The notes under the pieces were generated by a model, which saw nothing but the letters and a program-made list of their open reading frames with translations, did no database searches and was not told the DNA's origin. The translations under genes and the position numbers were made by a program. A DNA stretch of 64,000 nucleotides from an uncultured Duncaniella sp. (GTDB lineage: Bacteria > Bacteroidota > Bacteroidia > Bacteroidales > Muribaculaceae), in assembly GCA_910586305.1 (NCBI GenBank), contig CAJUGS010000014.1, positions 360 through 64,359 of the forward strand. Reading direction: 5' to 3'. Numbering within the stretch: position 1 is the first letter of the stretch; the number at the start of each line of letters is the position of its first letter. Positions 29,429 through 38,977 of the stretch are shown here, one piece after another.

Positions 29429-30448
29429 TCAGCGGATGAGAAACGAGAATGTCTCTATGTTCTTGAGAGCCACGCCTGTACCCTTGGCTACTGCGAGGAG
29501 GGGATCCTCGGCTATGTGGAACTGGATTCCGATCTTGTCGGTGAGGCGTTTGTCAAGTCCTCTGAGCATCGCGCCACCGCCGGCAAGGAATATACCGTTG
29601 GCCACGATGTCCGAGTAGAGTTCGGGCGGAGTCTCGTCGAGAGCCTGGAGCACGGCAGCCTCAATGCGCGAGATGGATTTCTCGATACAGTGTGAGATTT
29701 CCTGATAGCTCACGGGCACCTCCATGGGGAGCGCGGTCATCTTGTTGGGACCATGGACGATGTAGTCTTCCGGCGGATTCTCAAGCTCGGTGAGGGCCGA
29801 TCCGACATGAATCTTGATCTGTTCGGCTGTACGCTCGCCAACCTTCACGTTGTGTACACGGCTCATGTGTTCCATGATGTCGTCGGTGAGGTCGTCGCCC
29901 GCCACCTGGATGCTCTTGTTGGATACGATGCCGCCAAGTGAGATGACGGCAATCTCGGTGGTGCCGCCGCCTATGTCGACAATCATGTTGCCCTGTGGAG
30001 CAAGCACGTCGATGCCTATGCCGAGCGCGGCAGCCATGGGCTCATAAATCATGTAGACGTCACGTCCGCCGGCGTGTTCCGACGAGTCGCGGACAGCACG
30101 GATTTCCACCTCGGTGGAGCCCGACGGGATGCCCACTACCATTTTCATCGAAGGAGAGAACCAATTGCTCTTCGAGCTGGCCTTCTTGATGAGGCCGCGT
30201 ATCATCATTTCAGCGGCGTTAAAGTTGGCTATCACACCCTTACGAAGCGGACGTATGGTCTCGATGTCGTCGTTTTCCTTGCCTTGCATCAGTTTGGCCT
30301 GGCGACCAACGGCTTTTAGTTTGCCGGTGCGCTTTTCGATGGCCACAATCGATGGCTCGTCAATGACGATCTTGTCGTTGTGTATGATGATCGTATTGGC
30401 CGTTCCGAGGTCAATGGCGATCTCTTTGGTTAGTGAGAACAATCTCAT
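29429..30448 (-). CDS. mreB: Actin-like rod shape-determining protein MreB
   Basis: 339 aa. IAIDLGTANT, VVGIPSGSTEVE, IVDIGGGTTE, GIFLAGGGAMLRGLD. Confidence 0.97.
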   Translation of the reverse strand: MRLFSLTKEIAIDLGTANTIIIHNDKIVIDEPSIVAIEKRTGKLKAVGRQAKLMQGKENDDIETIRPLRKGVIANFNAAEMMIRGLIKKASSKSNWFSPSMKMVVGIPSGSTEVEIRAVRDSSEHAGGRDVYMIYEPMAAALGIGIDVLAPQGNMIVDIGGGTTEIAVISLGGIVSNKSIQVAGDDLTDDIMEHMSRVHNVKVGERTAEQIKIHVGSALTELENPPEDYIVHGPNKMTALPMEVPVSYQEISHCIEKSISRIEAAVLQALDETPPELYSDIVANGIFLAGGGAMLRGLDKRLTDKIGIQFHIAEDPLLAVAKGTGVALKNIETFSFLIR

Positions 30449-30492
30449 GTTGCTTGTTGTCTTCTTTTAAAATGGAGAGAATAAGGGGAAAA

Positions 30493-32043
30493 TTAGTGCT
30501 TGAAGTGACGGAAGCCTGTGGTCACCATTGCGATGCCGTTTGCGTTGCAGTAGTCTACGCTCTCGTTGTCGCGGATGGATCCTCCGGGGTGTACTACTGC
30601 GGTGATTCCTGCTTTGCCGGCTATTTCCACGCAGTCGGGGAAGGGGAAGAATGCGTCAGAGGCCATCACGGCACCGTTGAGGTCGAGGCCGAATGATGCA
30701 GCCTTCTCGATGGCATGACGAAGGGCGTCGACACGAGATGTCTGGCCCACACCGCTGGCGAGGAGCATATTGTTCTTGGCCAGAACGATGGCGTTGCTCT
30801 TGGAGTTCTTCACAATCTTATTGGCAAACAGAAGGTCGGAAGCCTGCTCGGGAGTAACTGCGAGGGTGGTTACCTGTTTGAGGTCGTCGAGAGTCTCTAC
30901 CTTGAGGTCGCGGTCCTGTACGAGCGCACCGTTGAGACACGATCGGAACTGGCGGGTGGTGGTGAGGGGTGACTTCTGCACCAGGATGATGCGGTTCTTC
31001 TTCTGTTTGAGTATTTCGAGAGCCTCGTCGGTATAGGCGGGTGCCATTATTACTTCGAAGAAGATCTTGTTGATTTCCTCGGCAGCCTCGGCATCAATTG
31101 TGCCGTTGGTGATGAGTACGCCGCCAAACGCGCTTACGGGGTCGCCGGCAAGAGCGTCCTTCCAGGCCTCGGCTATAGTGGGGCGCGATGCAAGTCCGCA
31201 GGCATTGTTGTGTTTGAGGATGGCGAATGTGGGGGTCTCTGTGCCAAACTCCGAGATAAGCGACACTGCAGCATCGATATCAAGAAGGTTGTTGTAGGAG
31301 ATTTCTTTGCCGTGGAGCTGTTCGAACATCTCGTCAAACTTGCCGTAGAATGTACCCTTCTGATGGGGGTTCTCTCCATAGCGCATAGCCTTGGAATCGT
31401 CAAATGCTATGCGGAGTTCCTCGCAGGAGGGGATAGCGCTTTCCACCTCTGTGGAAGCGAAGTAGTTGTAGATATCGGTGTCGTAGCCCGACGAAACGGC
31501 GAAAGCCTGTCCGGCAAACCAGCGACGCTCCTCGAGCGACGACTCTGCACCGTTGCGACGGAGCATCTCGGCGAGGGGTGCATACTGGGCCTTGGAGGCT
31601 ACGATGACTACATCCTTATAGTTTTTGGCGGCGCCGCGGATGAGCGAGATGCCACCTATGTCGATTTTTTCGATAATGTCCGCCTCAGGAGCGCCTGACG
31701 CTACTGTTGCGCTGAAGGGATAGAGATCAACAATCACGAGGTCAATCTCGGGAATCTCATATTTTGCAATCTGCTCGCGGTCGCCGTCGTTGTCGCGACG
31801 GTTGAGGATGCCGCCAAAGACTTTGGGATGAAGTGTCTTAACTCGACCTCCCAGGATTGAGGGATAGCCGGTCAGATCCTCGACGGCGGCACATTCGTAG
31901 CCGAGGCTCTCGATGAATGTGCGGGTGCCTCCAGTCGAGAGAAACTTTACTCCGTTGCTATTCAGAAGGGTCAGGATTTCTTCCAGACCGTCTTTGTGAA
32001 AGACCGACACAAGGGCAGTCTTTATTTTCTTATTGTCAGACAT
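30493..32043 (-). CDS. purH: Bifunctional AICAR transformylase / IMP cyclohydrolase PurH
   Basis: ALVSVFHKDGL (MGS-like domain), LSTGGT, GGILNRR, and a C-terminal AICARFT domain ending in RHFKH. Start set at ATG 32043, because the upstream TTG at 32073 lies inside a TAATTTTG -7 box. Confidence 0.95.
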   Translation of the reverse strand: MSDNKKIKTALVSVFHKDGLEEILTLLNSNGVKFLSTGGTRTFIESLGYECAAVEDLTGYPSILGGRVKTLHPKVFGGILNRRDNDGDREQIAKYEIPEIDLVIVDLYPFSATVASGAPEADIIEKIDIGGISLIRGAAKNYKDVVIVASKAQYAPLAEMLRRNGAESSLEERRWFAGQAFAVSSGYDTDIYNYFASTEVESAIPSCEELRIAFDDSKAMRYGENPHQKGTFYGKFDEMFEQLHGKEISYNNLLDIDAAVSLISEFGTETPTFAILKHNNACGLASRPTIAEAWKDALAGDPVSAFGGVLITNGTIDAEAAEEINKIFFEVIMAPAYTDEALEILKQKKNRIILVQKSPLTTTRQFRSCLNGALVQDRDLKVETLDDLKQVTTLAVTPEQASDLLFANKIVKNSKSNAIVLAKNNMLLASGVGQTSRVDALRHAIEKAASFGLDLNGAVMASDAFFPFPDCVEIAGKAGITAVVHPGGSIRDNESVDYCNANGIAMVTTGFRHFKH

Positions 32044-32070
32044 GCGGTAACTATTGGATTTTTCAGACTG

Positions 32071-32078
32071 CAAAATTA
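32071..32078 (-). promoter_or_regulatory. Bacteroidetes-type -7 box (TAATTTTG) for the purH-mre operon
   Basis: The reverse complement of caaaatta matches TAnnTTTG, ~28 nt upstream of the purH ATG. Confidence 0.4.
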
Positions 32079-32335
32079 CACAAAAATACCCACTAACGAA
32101 AGTCGAGGAATGATTAATAATGTGGTAAAGTTCGAAAAACCACCATGGTTAATGTATTTTAACATTTACGTGCCTTTTATGCTGTTTTTTGTTTTATGCA
32201 ATTGCCTTGTTGCGGGAGGACTGAAAAAGACGGTTTCTGACACTGGTTCCATTTCAGTAAAAGTGTATTTGTAGCGGAAAATATGGCTGTTTATGAAAAA
32301 AAGTTACTTTTTCCGATAAAAATATTGAAAATTGT

Positions 32336-32366
32336 TTTGAATTATGAAATTTTAGTTGTAGTTTTG
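32336..32366 (+). promoter_or_regulatory. Bacteroidetes-type promoter of the trp operon (TTTG-N19-TAGTTTTG)
   Basis: TTTG at 32336-32339 and TAGTTTTG at 32359-32366, with a 19-nt spacer. This fits the TTTG / TAnnTTTG consensus. The leader ATG lies 19 nt downstream. Confidence 0.55.
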
Positions 32367-32384
32367 CGACAGAACAAAGAAAAT

Positions 32385-32450
32385 ATGACAAATCTATTAC
32401 ACAATCGCACTTATTGGTGGCGCGTCGGTAACAATTATCGATGGCGATAG
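32385..32450 (+). CDS. trp operon leader peptide (21 aa, MTNLLHNRTYWWRVGNNYRWR)
   Basis: Short ORF with tandem Trp codons at 32415-32420 and a third at 32442-32444. It sits between the promoter and an intrinsic terminator, directly upstream of trpB. Confidence 0.7.
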   Translation: MTNLLHNRTYWWRVGNNYRWR

Positions 32451-32520
32451 TGTTTTTGCCCCATAAGGTAATGCGATCGTTGCTTTCCCAATTTCAACAT
32501 TCCTGCAGAAAAGCACATAC

Positions 32521-32564
32521 AGCCATCGAGTTTCGACAGAGAAACCACGATGGCTTTCTTTTTT
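32521..32564 (+). terminator. trp attenuator (intrinsic terminator in the 5' leader)
   Basis: agccatcg (32521-32528) pairs with cgatggct (32548-32555). An inner stem gtttc/gaaac (32530-32534 with 32541-32545) closes a 6-nt loop. This is followed by ttctttttt (32556-32564), 39 nt before the trpB ATG. Confidence 0.75.
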
Positions 32565-32602
32565 AGCAAGTTTCCAATTCCCCCATTTACCATTCAAAGA
32601 AT

Positions 32603-33808
32603 ATGAATAAGTTCCACTCCACACTTCCGGTCGATGCCGATGGCTACTATGGCCGATTCGGAGGTGCATATATCCCAGAGATTCTCCATGCAAATGTCAG
32701 CCGTCTTTCCGAGGCTTTCCACCGTTATGCGGCCGACGAGGAGTTCAACAGAGAGCTCGACCTTCTGCTTCGTGATTATGTCGGTCGGCCCACGCCGTTA
32801 TATCGTGCCGACCGTCTTAGCGAGATGTACGGCACCAATATCTATCTCAAGCGCGAAGACCTCTGCCACACCGGAGCGCATAAAATCAATAACGCGCTTG
32901 GTTCTGTCCTTCTGGCAAAGCGTATGGGCAAGACACGCATTATTGCCGAGACTGGTGCCGGGCAACACGGAGTGGCCACAGCCACGGCCTGTGCGCTCAT
33001 GGGGATGGAGTGTGTGGTATATATGGGCGCGCTCGATGTCGAACGCCAGTCGCCTAACGTAGAGCGTATGAAGATGCTTGGTGCCAGGGTGGTGCCTGTG
33101 CATTCGGGCAATAAAACTCTCAAGGATGCCACTAACGAGGCCATACGCGACTGGTGTTGTAATCCCGACAGTTTTTATGTGATAGGTAGCACTGTGGGGC
33201 CGCACCCGTATCCTGAGATGGTGGCCCATTTTCAGAGTGTTATAAGTCGCGAGATACGCAGTCAGCTTCTGAGTCAGACCGGACGCGAATGTCCCGACTA
33301 TGTGGTGGCTTGTATAGGTGGCGGAAGCAATGCCGCCGGTGCGTTCTATCATTTCATTGATTCTCCGGAGGTGAGGCTCGTAGCCGCAGAGGCCGCCGGA
33401 CTTGGTGTTGACTCCGGACAGACCGCTGCTACTATCCATGTGGGAAGCGAGGGTATAATCCACGGTTCCAAGACTTTGGTGATGCAGACACCCGACGGAC
33501 AGATTGTGGAGCCTTATTCTGTCTCGGCTGGACTTGACTACCCCGGCATAGGTCCTCTGCACGCCTATCTGGCCGAGACGGGACGAACCGAGGTTCTTGC
33601 CGTGACTGACAGCATCGCTCTTGATGCGGCTTTCCGCGTAACACGCACCGAGGGTATTATACCGGCCTTAGAGTCGGCCCACGCACTCGGAGTTCTGGAG
33701 ATGAAGAGATTTGCTCCCGATGATATCGTGGTTGTCAACCTCTCGGGACGAGGCGATAAGGATATGCACACTTATATGGCTCTTAAAGACACACTTAAAA
33801 ACACTTGA
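32603..33808 (+). CDS. trpB: Tryptophan synthase beta chain
   Basis: [26 protein letters not shown] (PLP lysine), GGGSNAAG; 401 aa. Confidence 0.97.
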   Translation: MNKFHSTLPVDADGYYGRFGGAYIPEILHANVSRLSEAFHRYAADEEFNRELDLLLRDYVGRPTPLYRADRLSEMYGTNIYLKREDLCHTGAHKINNALGSVLLAKRMGKTRIIAETGAGQHGVATATACALMGMECVVYMGALDVERQSPNVERMKMLGARVVPVHSGNKTLKDATNEAIRDWCCNPDSFYVIGSTVGPHPYPEMVAHFQSVISREIRSQLLSQTGRECPDYVVACIGGGSNAAGAFYHFIDSPEVRLVAAEAAGLGVDSGQTAATIHVGSEGIIHGSKTLVMQTPDGQIVEPYSVSAGLDYPGIGPLHAYLAETGRTEVLAVTDSIALDAAFRVTRTEGIIPALESAHALGVLEMKRFAPDDIVVVNLSGRGDKDMHTYMALKDTLKNT

Positions 33809-35214
33809 AAGTAATGAAACACATACTTAGAGTCGCATCCCGGCTCCTGCCGGCCGATATGGAGACACCGGTGGGTATATATCTGAAATTGCGTGACCTG
33901 TATCCCGAGTCGGCACTTCTTGAGAGTTCCGACTATCACACTTCTCGCAACTCGGTGAGCTACATAGGCGTATGCCCCATAGGCTCGTTCACGGTTGTCA
34001 ACGGCAGTATAGAGCGTGTCTATCCCGATACCGAACAGATTATTACTACGATTGATGCTGATACTGATGTCGTGGCCGAACTTCGGGACTATGTTGAATC
34101 TTTCGAGACGGACGGTGACAGCGAAAACGGTATTAACGGCCTTTTCGGTTATACGGCCTATGATGCAGTGAGATATTTCGAGCAAGTGGATGTGAGGCAA
34201 AAGGAGGAGAAGTTCAGTGCGGTCCCGGACATGAAGTACATATTATACCGCTATGTCATAAGGCTCAATCACTACCACAGTCAAATGACTGTCTTCGAGC
34301 ATATACCCGTAGGAGGAAGCGAGTCTATCGACGAACTTGTGAGCGTGATGCACAACAATAATATACCCTCCTATCCGTTTGGAGTCAGTGGCAATCCTAC
34401 ATCAACACTCACCGACGATGAGTATATGGAGATGGTGCGCCGTGGGGTGGCCCATGCTATGCGTGGCGACGTGTTTCAGATAGTGCTTTCGCGGCGTTTC
34501 GCCCAGAAATTTGCCGGAGACGAGTTTAATGTCTACCGTGCCCTGCGTTGTGTCAATCCGTCACCCTATCTCTTTTACTTCGATTTCAGCGATTTCCGCA
34601 TATTCGGTTCTTCGCCCGAGACCCATATGCGTATAGAGGGAGATACCGCCTACATTGACCCTATAGCCGGAACTTTCCGACGAACAGGTGACGATGCGCG
34701 TGACCACGAGCTTGCACGTGCCCTTCTTGAGGATGAAAAGGAGAATGCCGAGCACATCATGCTTGTCGACCTCGCCCGCAACGATCTCTCGCGTGGCGGA
34801 GCCACTGTCAACATAGAGTTTCTGCGACAGATACAGTTTTACAGCCATGTTATTCATATGGTATCGCGCGTGAGCGGAAAGCTTCCTGCCGGTGCCGACA
34901 CATTCCGTCTCTTTGCAGGCTCTTTCCCGGCCGGGACTCTCAGCGGTGCCCCCAAGGTGAGGGCCATGCAGCTTATCGACGAAATTGAACCACACAGCCG
35001 CATGACATATGGCGGATGCATAGGTTTCATAGGGTTTAACGGAGATCTCAACCAGGCCATCACTATACGTAGCTTTCTCAGTCTTGACTCCACGCTGTAT
35101 TTTCAGGCCGGGGCCGGAGTGGTGGCGGCTTCTGTGCCGGAGAATGAACTGCAGGAAACCAACAACAAACTCGGTGCGCTAATCGGCGCTCTCAAATATG
35201 CTGAAAACTTCTGA
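33805..35214 (+). CDS. trpE: Anthranilate synthase component I
   Basis: 469 aa. Chorismate-binding motifs ([36 protein letters not shown]). 4-nt overlap with trpB. Confidence 0.95.
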   Translation: MKVMKHILRVASRLLPADMETPVGIYLKLRDLYPESALLESSDYHTSRNSVSYIGVCPIGSFTVVNGSIERVYPDTEQIITTIDADTDVVAELRDYVESFETDGDSENGINGLFGYTAYDAVRYFEQVDVRQKEEKFSAVPDMKYILYRYVIRLNHYHSQMTVFEHIPVGGSESIDELVSVMHNNNIPSYPFGVSGNPTSTLTDDEYMEMVRRGVAHAMRGDVFQIVLSRRFAQKFAGDEFNVYRALRCVNPSPYLFYFDFSDFRIFGSSPETHMRIEGDTAYIDPIAGTFRRTGDDARDHELARALLEDEKENAEHIMLVDLARNDLSRGGATVNIEFLRQIQFYSHVIHMVSRVSGKLPAGADTFRLFAGSFPAGTLSGAPKVRAMQLIDEIEPHSRMTYGGCIGFIGFNGDLNQAITIRSFLSLDSTLYFQAGAGVVAASVPENELQETNNKLGALIGALKYAENF

Positions 35215-35217
35215 ACT

Positions 35218-35799
35218 ATGCGACTACTAATACTTGACAACTACGATTCGTTCACCTACAACATTGTTCATGCTGTGAGACAGCTTGGTGTTGAGCCTGT
35301 GGTGAGACGAAATGATTGTATCGGACTTGACGAGGTTGCCGGATTTGACAAAATTATCATTTCTCCCGGTCCTGGTATTCCGTCCGAGGCAGGAGTTCTT
35401 CCGCTTCTGCTACAACGTTATGCCTCGCATAAGTCGATTCTCGGCGTGTGTCTCGGTTACCAGGCCATAGGAGAGTGTTTTGGCGCACGGCTCAGAAACC
35501 TTCCGAAGGTGTGGCACGGCCTCAAATCCACAGCGAGGATTATGGTCCCCGACTATCTTTTCGCCGGGTTGCCGGATGAGTTTCAGATCGGTCGTTACCA
35601 TTCGTGGGTGGTTGACGGTGATGGTTTCCCGTCATCTCTCGAAGTCATTGCCGTGAGTCCCGACGGCGAGATTATGGCTCTCCGCCATCGTGATTTCGAT
35701 GTCAGGGGAGTGCAATTCCATCCCGAGTCAATTCTCACTCCCCTTGGCGGCAAGATTATTGAAAACTGGTTAAGCCACACTGATTCACGAATTTTATGA
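35218..35799 (+). CDS. trpG: Anthranilate synthase component II (glutamine amidotransferase)
   Basis: ILDNYDSFTYN, GVCLGYQAIG (nucleophile Cys), VQFHPES. Confidence 0.95.
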   Translation: MRLLILDNYDSFTYNIVHAVRQLGVEPVVRRNDCIGLDEVAGFDKIIISPGPGIPSEAGVLPLLLQRYASHKSILGVCLGYQAIGECFGARLRNLPKVWHGLKSTARIMVPDYLFAGLPDEFQIGRYHSWVVDGDGFPSSLEVIAVSPDGEIMALRHRDFDVRGVQFHPESILTPLGGKIIENWLSHTDSRIL

Positions 35800-36791
35800 A
35801 AGATATTCTCAACAAGATGTTTGAGCATCGCAGCCTCTCCCGTGAAGAGTCGCGTGATGTGCTTCTAAATATTGCTGACGGTCGTTACAATGACGCTATG
35901 CTTGCGGCGTTTATGACGGTCTTCCTCATGCGCAGCATCACGCTCGACGAGTTGCGTGGCTTCCGTGATGCCATTCTCGAACGCCGTGTCCCGGTGGATT
36001 TCGGCGGTGTCAAAGCAATTGATATTGTCGGCACGGGAGGCGACGGAAAGAATACATTTAATATTTCCACTGCAGCTTGCTTTGTGGTTGCCGGAGCCGG
36101 TCGGAAAGTAGTGAAACACGGCAACTACGGTGCGACTTCGGTGTCTGGAGCGTCCAATGTGCTTGAGAACCACGGTATAGTGTTTACATCCGACCGTGAC
36201 CGCCTGGCGCGCTCTCTTGAGGAGAGTGGTGTGTGCTATCTTCACGCTCCTTTCTTCAGCCCGGCTCTGAAGAGTGTCGGACCTGTGCGCAAAGCTCTCG
36301 GTGTTCGTACATTCTTCAATATGCTCGGGCCGCTTGTCAATCCAGTCCTCCCGTCCTATCAACTTCTCGGGGTCTACAACCTCAGGCTGCTCCGACTTTA
36401 CGGATATATCGCCGAGGAAGAGGGGGTGAACTGCACTGTGGTACATTCGCTTGACGGATATGATGAAATTTCTCTTACATCCCCTTTCAAAGTCCGGACA
36501 TCAGAAACCACTCGACTATACTCTCCGCAGTCGCTCGGGTTTGCCGGATGCTGTGAGGAGGACCTTTGGGGAGGAGCTACAGTGGCCGAGGCCTCGGCCA
36601 TTTTCGACTCAGTGCTTGCCGGCACTGCCGGACGCGCCCGTACAGACTGCGTTGTGGCAAATGCTGCTTTCGCACTTCTCACCCTTGAGCCGGAACTCGC
36701 CATTTCAGATGCTGTCTCACTTGCACGTGAGTCCATCGAATCGGGACGTGCGAAAGAGGCTTTTGTAAAATTCGTGAAACTCAATTCCTGA
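35796..36791 (+). CDS. trpD: Anthranilate phosphoribosyltransferase
   Basis: DIVGTGGDGKNTFNISTAA, KHGN, and a typical 331-aa length. Confidence 0.95.
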   Translation: MKDILNKMFEHRSLSREESRDVLLNIADGRYNDAMLAAFMTVFLMRSITLDELRGFRDAILERRVPVDFGGVKAIDIVGTGGDGKNTFNISTAACFVVAGAGRKVVKHGNYGATSVSGASNVLENHGIVFTSDRDRLARSLEESGVCYLHAPFFSPALKSVGPVRKALGVRTFFNMLGPLVNPVLPSYQLLGVYNLRLLRLYGYIAEEEGVNCTVVHSLDGYDEISLTSPFKVRTSETTRLYSPQSLGFAGCCEEDLWGGATVAEASAIFDSVLAGTAGRARTDCVVANAAFALLTLEPELAISDAVSLARESIESGRAKEAFVKFVKLNS

Positions 36792-36794
36792 CTT

Positions 36795-37559
36795 ATGGAA
36801 AATATACTGTTACGGATTCTCGACAATAAGCGGCGAGAGGTCGAGGCCACCGCCGGAGTACTCCCCCACGAAAGCTGCATAAGTCCTCAGAAAGTGATAT
36901 CCATGTCAAGGGCTCTTGCCGATGATTCTGTTGGCATCATAGCCGAATTCAAGCGTTGCTCTCCTTCGCGTGGTATGATACATCCTCGGGCGCTTGTCGA
37001 TGAAGTTGTCGGCTCTTATGCATCGGCCGGTGCGGCTGCCTGTTCTGTGCTCACGGACACTCCTTTTTTCGGCGGATCTCTTGTCGATCTCGACGTGGCA
37101 CGCGAGACAGTCTCGATTCCGTTGCTCCGAAAGGACTTCATAGTTAGCAAATACCAGATTGCAGAGGCGTGTCTTCACGGAGCGAATGCCATCCTGCTCA
37201 TTGCGGCAGCGTTGAGTCGCGAGGCCATAGAGAAATTCACTCGTGAGGCTCACCGCTATCACCTCGAGGTGCTTCTTGAACTCCACTCCATGGCCGAACT
37301 CGATAAGTTCTGTCCGGATGTGGACATGGTCGGAGTAAACAACCGTGACCTCACCACTTTTCACACCGACCCCGCTCTTTCGCTGAAAATGGCCTCCGAG
37401 TTGCCCGATACGGTTGTCAAAGTGGCCGAGAGCGGACTCACCTCGATGGACGAGGTGCGTCGCCTTCGCGATGTCGGATATCGAGGGTTTCTGATAGGGG
37501 AGGCATTCATGAAACACCCCAATCCTGGAGATGCTCTCCGTAATTTCCTTGAAAGATGA
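36795..37559 (+). CDS. trpC: Indole-3-glycerol-phosphate synthase
   Basis: IIAEFKRCSPSRG, LRKDFI, VNNRDL, ESG. Confidence 0.93.
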   Translation: MENILLRILDNKRREVEATAGVLPHESCISPQKVISMSRALADDSVGIIAEFKRCSPSRGMIHPRALVDEVVGSYASAGAAACSVLTDTPFFGGSLVDLDVARETVSIPLLRKDFIVSKYQIAEACLHGANAILLIAAALSREAIEKFTREAHRYHLEVLLELHSMAELDKFCPDVDMVGVNNRDLTTFHTDPALSLKMASELPDTVVKVAESGLTSMDEVRRLRDVGYRGFLIGEAFMKHPNPGDALRNFLER

Positions 37560-38152
37560 AAATCAAGGTATGTGGTCTTCGTGATCCGCAGAATATTTGC
37601 GACGTGCTCTCTCTCGGTCCCGACTATGTTGGTTTCATCTTCTACGCACGCTCGCCCCGCAATGCTCTCCTCCTTCCGCCCGAGTCGGTTGCAGCCCTGC
37701 ACGGCGGAAAGGGAGTGGGGGTGTTCGTTGACTCCCCGGCGGCATACATTCATGACATATGTTCGCTTTACAGACTGTCGGCCGTCCAGCTCCACGGTTC
37801 CGAATCGCCATCCTTCTGTAGTGAATTGTCAGCTTCGGGGCTCACTGTGTTCAAGGCTGTCGGGATTTCCGAATCAGTCGACTGGCATGAAGTCGCGGCC
37901 TATGAAGGATGTGTGGATATGTTTGTCTTTGACACACTATCCTCCTCCCATGGCGGCACCGGACGCAAATTCGACTGGTCTGTTCTATCGCGATACCCTC
38001 TTTCTGTCCCCTATCTTCTAAGTGGAGGAATTGCACCGGATGATGACATTCCGGATTTATCGGGTCTGGCGGGAGTGGATCTCAACAGTCGCTTTGAGGA
38101 TGCCCCTGGAATGAAAAATATTGAAAAACTTCGAAAATTCTTTGAAAAATGA
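37556..38152 (+). CDS. trpF: Phosphoribosylanthranilate isomerase
   Basis: MKIKVCGL, YVGFIFY..SPR, LQLHG, and its position in the operon. Confidence 0.9.
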   Translation: MKIKVCGLRDPQNICDVLSLGPDYVGFIFYARSPRNALLLPPESVAALHGGKGVGVFVDSPAAYIHDICSLYRLSAVQLHGSESPSFCSELSASGLTVFKAVGISESVDWHEVAAYEGCVDMFVFDTLSSSHGGTGRKFDWSVLSRYPLSVPYLLSGGIAPDDDIPDLSGLAGVDLNSRFEDAPGMKNIEKLRKFFEK

Positions 38153-38925
38153 ATAGAATAGACTCACTCTTTGCCCGTAAGGAGCGCGACATACTTTCTG
38201 TATTTGCCACAGCCGGTTTTCCTTCTCTTGATTCCACTGTCGGTGTCATTGAGGCGCTTGCCGCACGCGGAGTCGATATGGTCGAGATAGGTGTGCCGTT
38301 CTCCGATCCCATGGCCGACGGAGTGGTGATACAGCACAGTTCCGATGTGGCAATAGCCAACGGTATGACTCTTGCCCGACTCTTTGAGGATGTTCGGGAA
38401 GCCCGTCGTCGTGTGCCTGAGATGCCTTTTGTGCTCATGGGATATCTCAATCCAATGTTGAGGATGGGGATTGAGACAGTTTTCATGAAGTGTCGCGAGG
38501 CAGGTATCGATGGAATTATCATACCGGATTTACCGTTTGCGGAATATATGCGTGACTACAAACCTCTCTGTGCCCGCTATGGCCTCCACATGATAATGCT
38601 CATCACTCCCGAGACCAGTCCGGAACGTATTAGACTCATAGACAGCGAATGCTCCGGATTCATCTATATGGTTTCAACGGCCTCCACAACAGGCACCCGC
38701 GAGAAGTTTGGTCCGGAGGCTGTCGACTATTTCCGGCGCATAGCCGGGATGGACCTTGTTCACCGCAGGCTCATCGGGTTTGGCATATCCAATCCGGGCA
38801 CATTCGGCGAGGCCTGCCGTTACTCGTCCGGTGCCATCATAGGCTCGCTCTTCATACGTTGTCTTGAGGACTGTTCTTCTTCGGCCGAGGCTGTCGACAC
38901 ACTTCTTGCGACAATAGGCAGGTAG
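38149..38925 (+). CDS. trpA: Tryptophan synthase alpha chain
   Basis: VEIGVPFSDPMADG, GFIYMVS, GFGIS; 258 aa. Confidence 0.95.
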   Translation: MNRIDSLFARKERDILSVFATAGFPSLDSTVGVIEALAARGVDMVEIGVPFSDPMADGVVIQHSSDVAIANGMTLARLFEDVREARRRVPEMPFVLMGYLNPMLRMGIETVFMKCREAGIDGIIIPDLPFAEYMRDYKPLCARYGLHMIMLITPETSPERIRLIDSECSGFIYMVSTASTTGTREKFGPEAVDYFRRIAGMDLVHRRLIGFGISNPGTFGEACRYSSGAIIGSLFIRCLEDCSSSAEAVDTLLATIGR

Positions 38926-38977
38926 AGATTTTTTTCGTAACTTTGTGCCGTTATTCTAATTCTCACATATATTTACC

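Noticed and set aside
31996-32274. 92-aa plus-strand ORF in the purH/trp intergenic region, and a 98-aa minus-strand ORF (32397-32693) over the trp leader
   Set aside because: The region is AT-rich promoter/leader sequence carrying both divergent promoters. The second ORF overlaps the attenuator and the trpB start, and neither has motifs.
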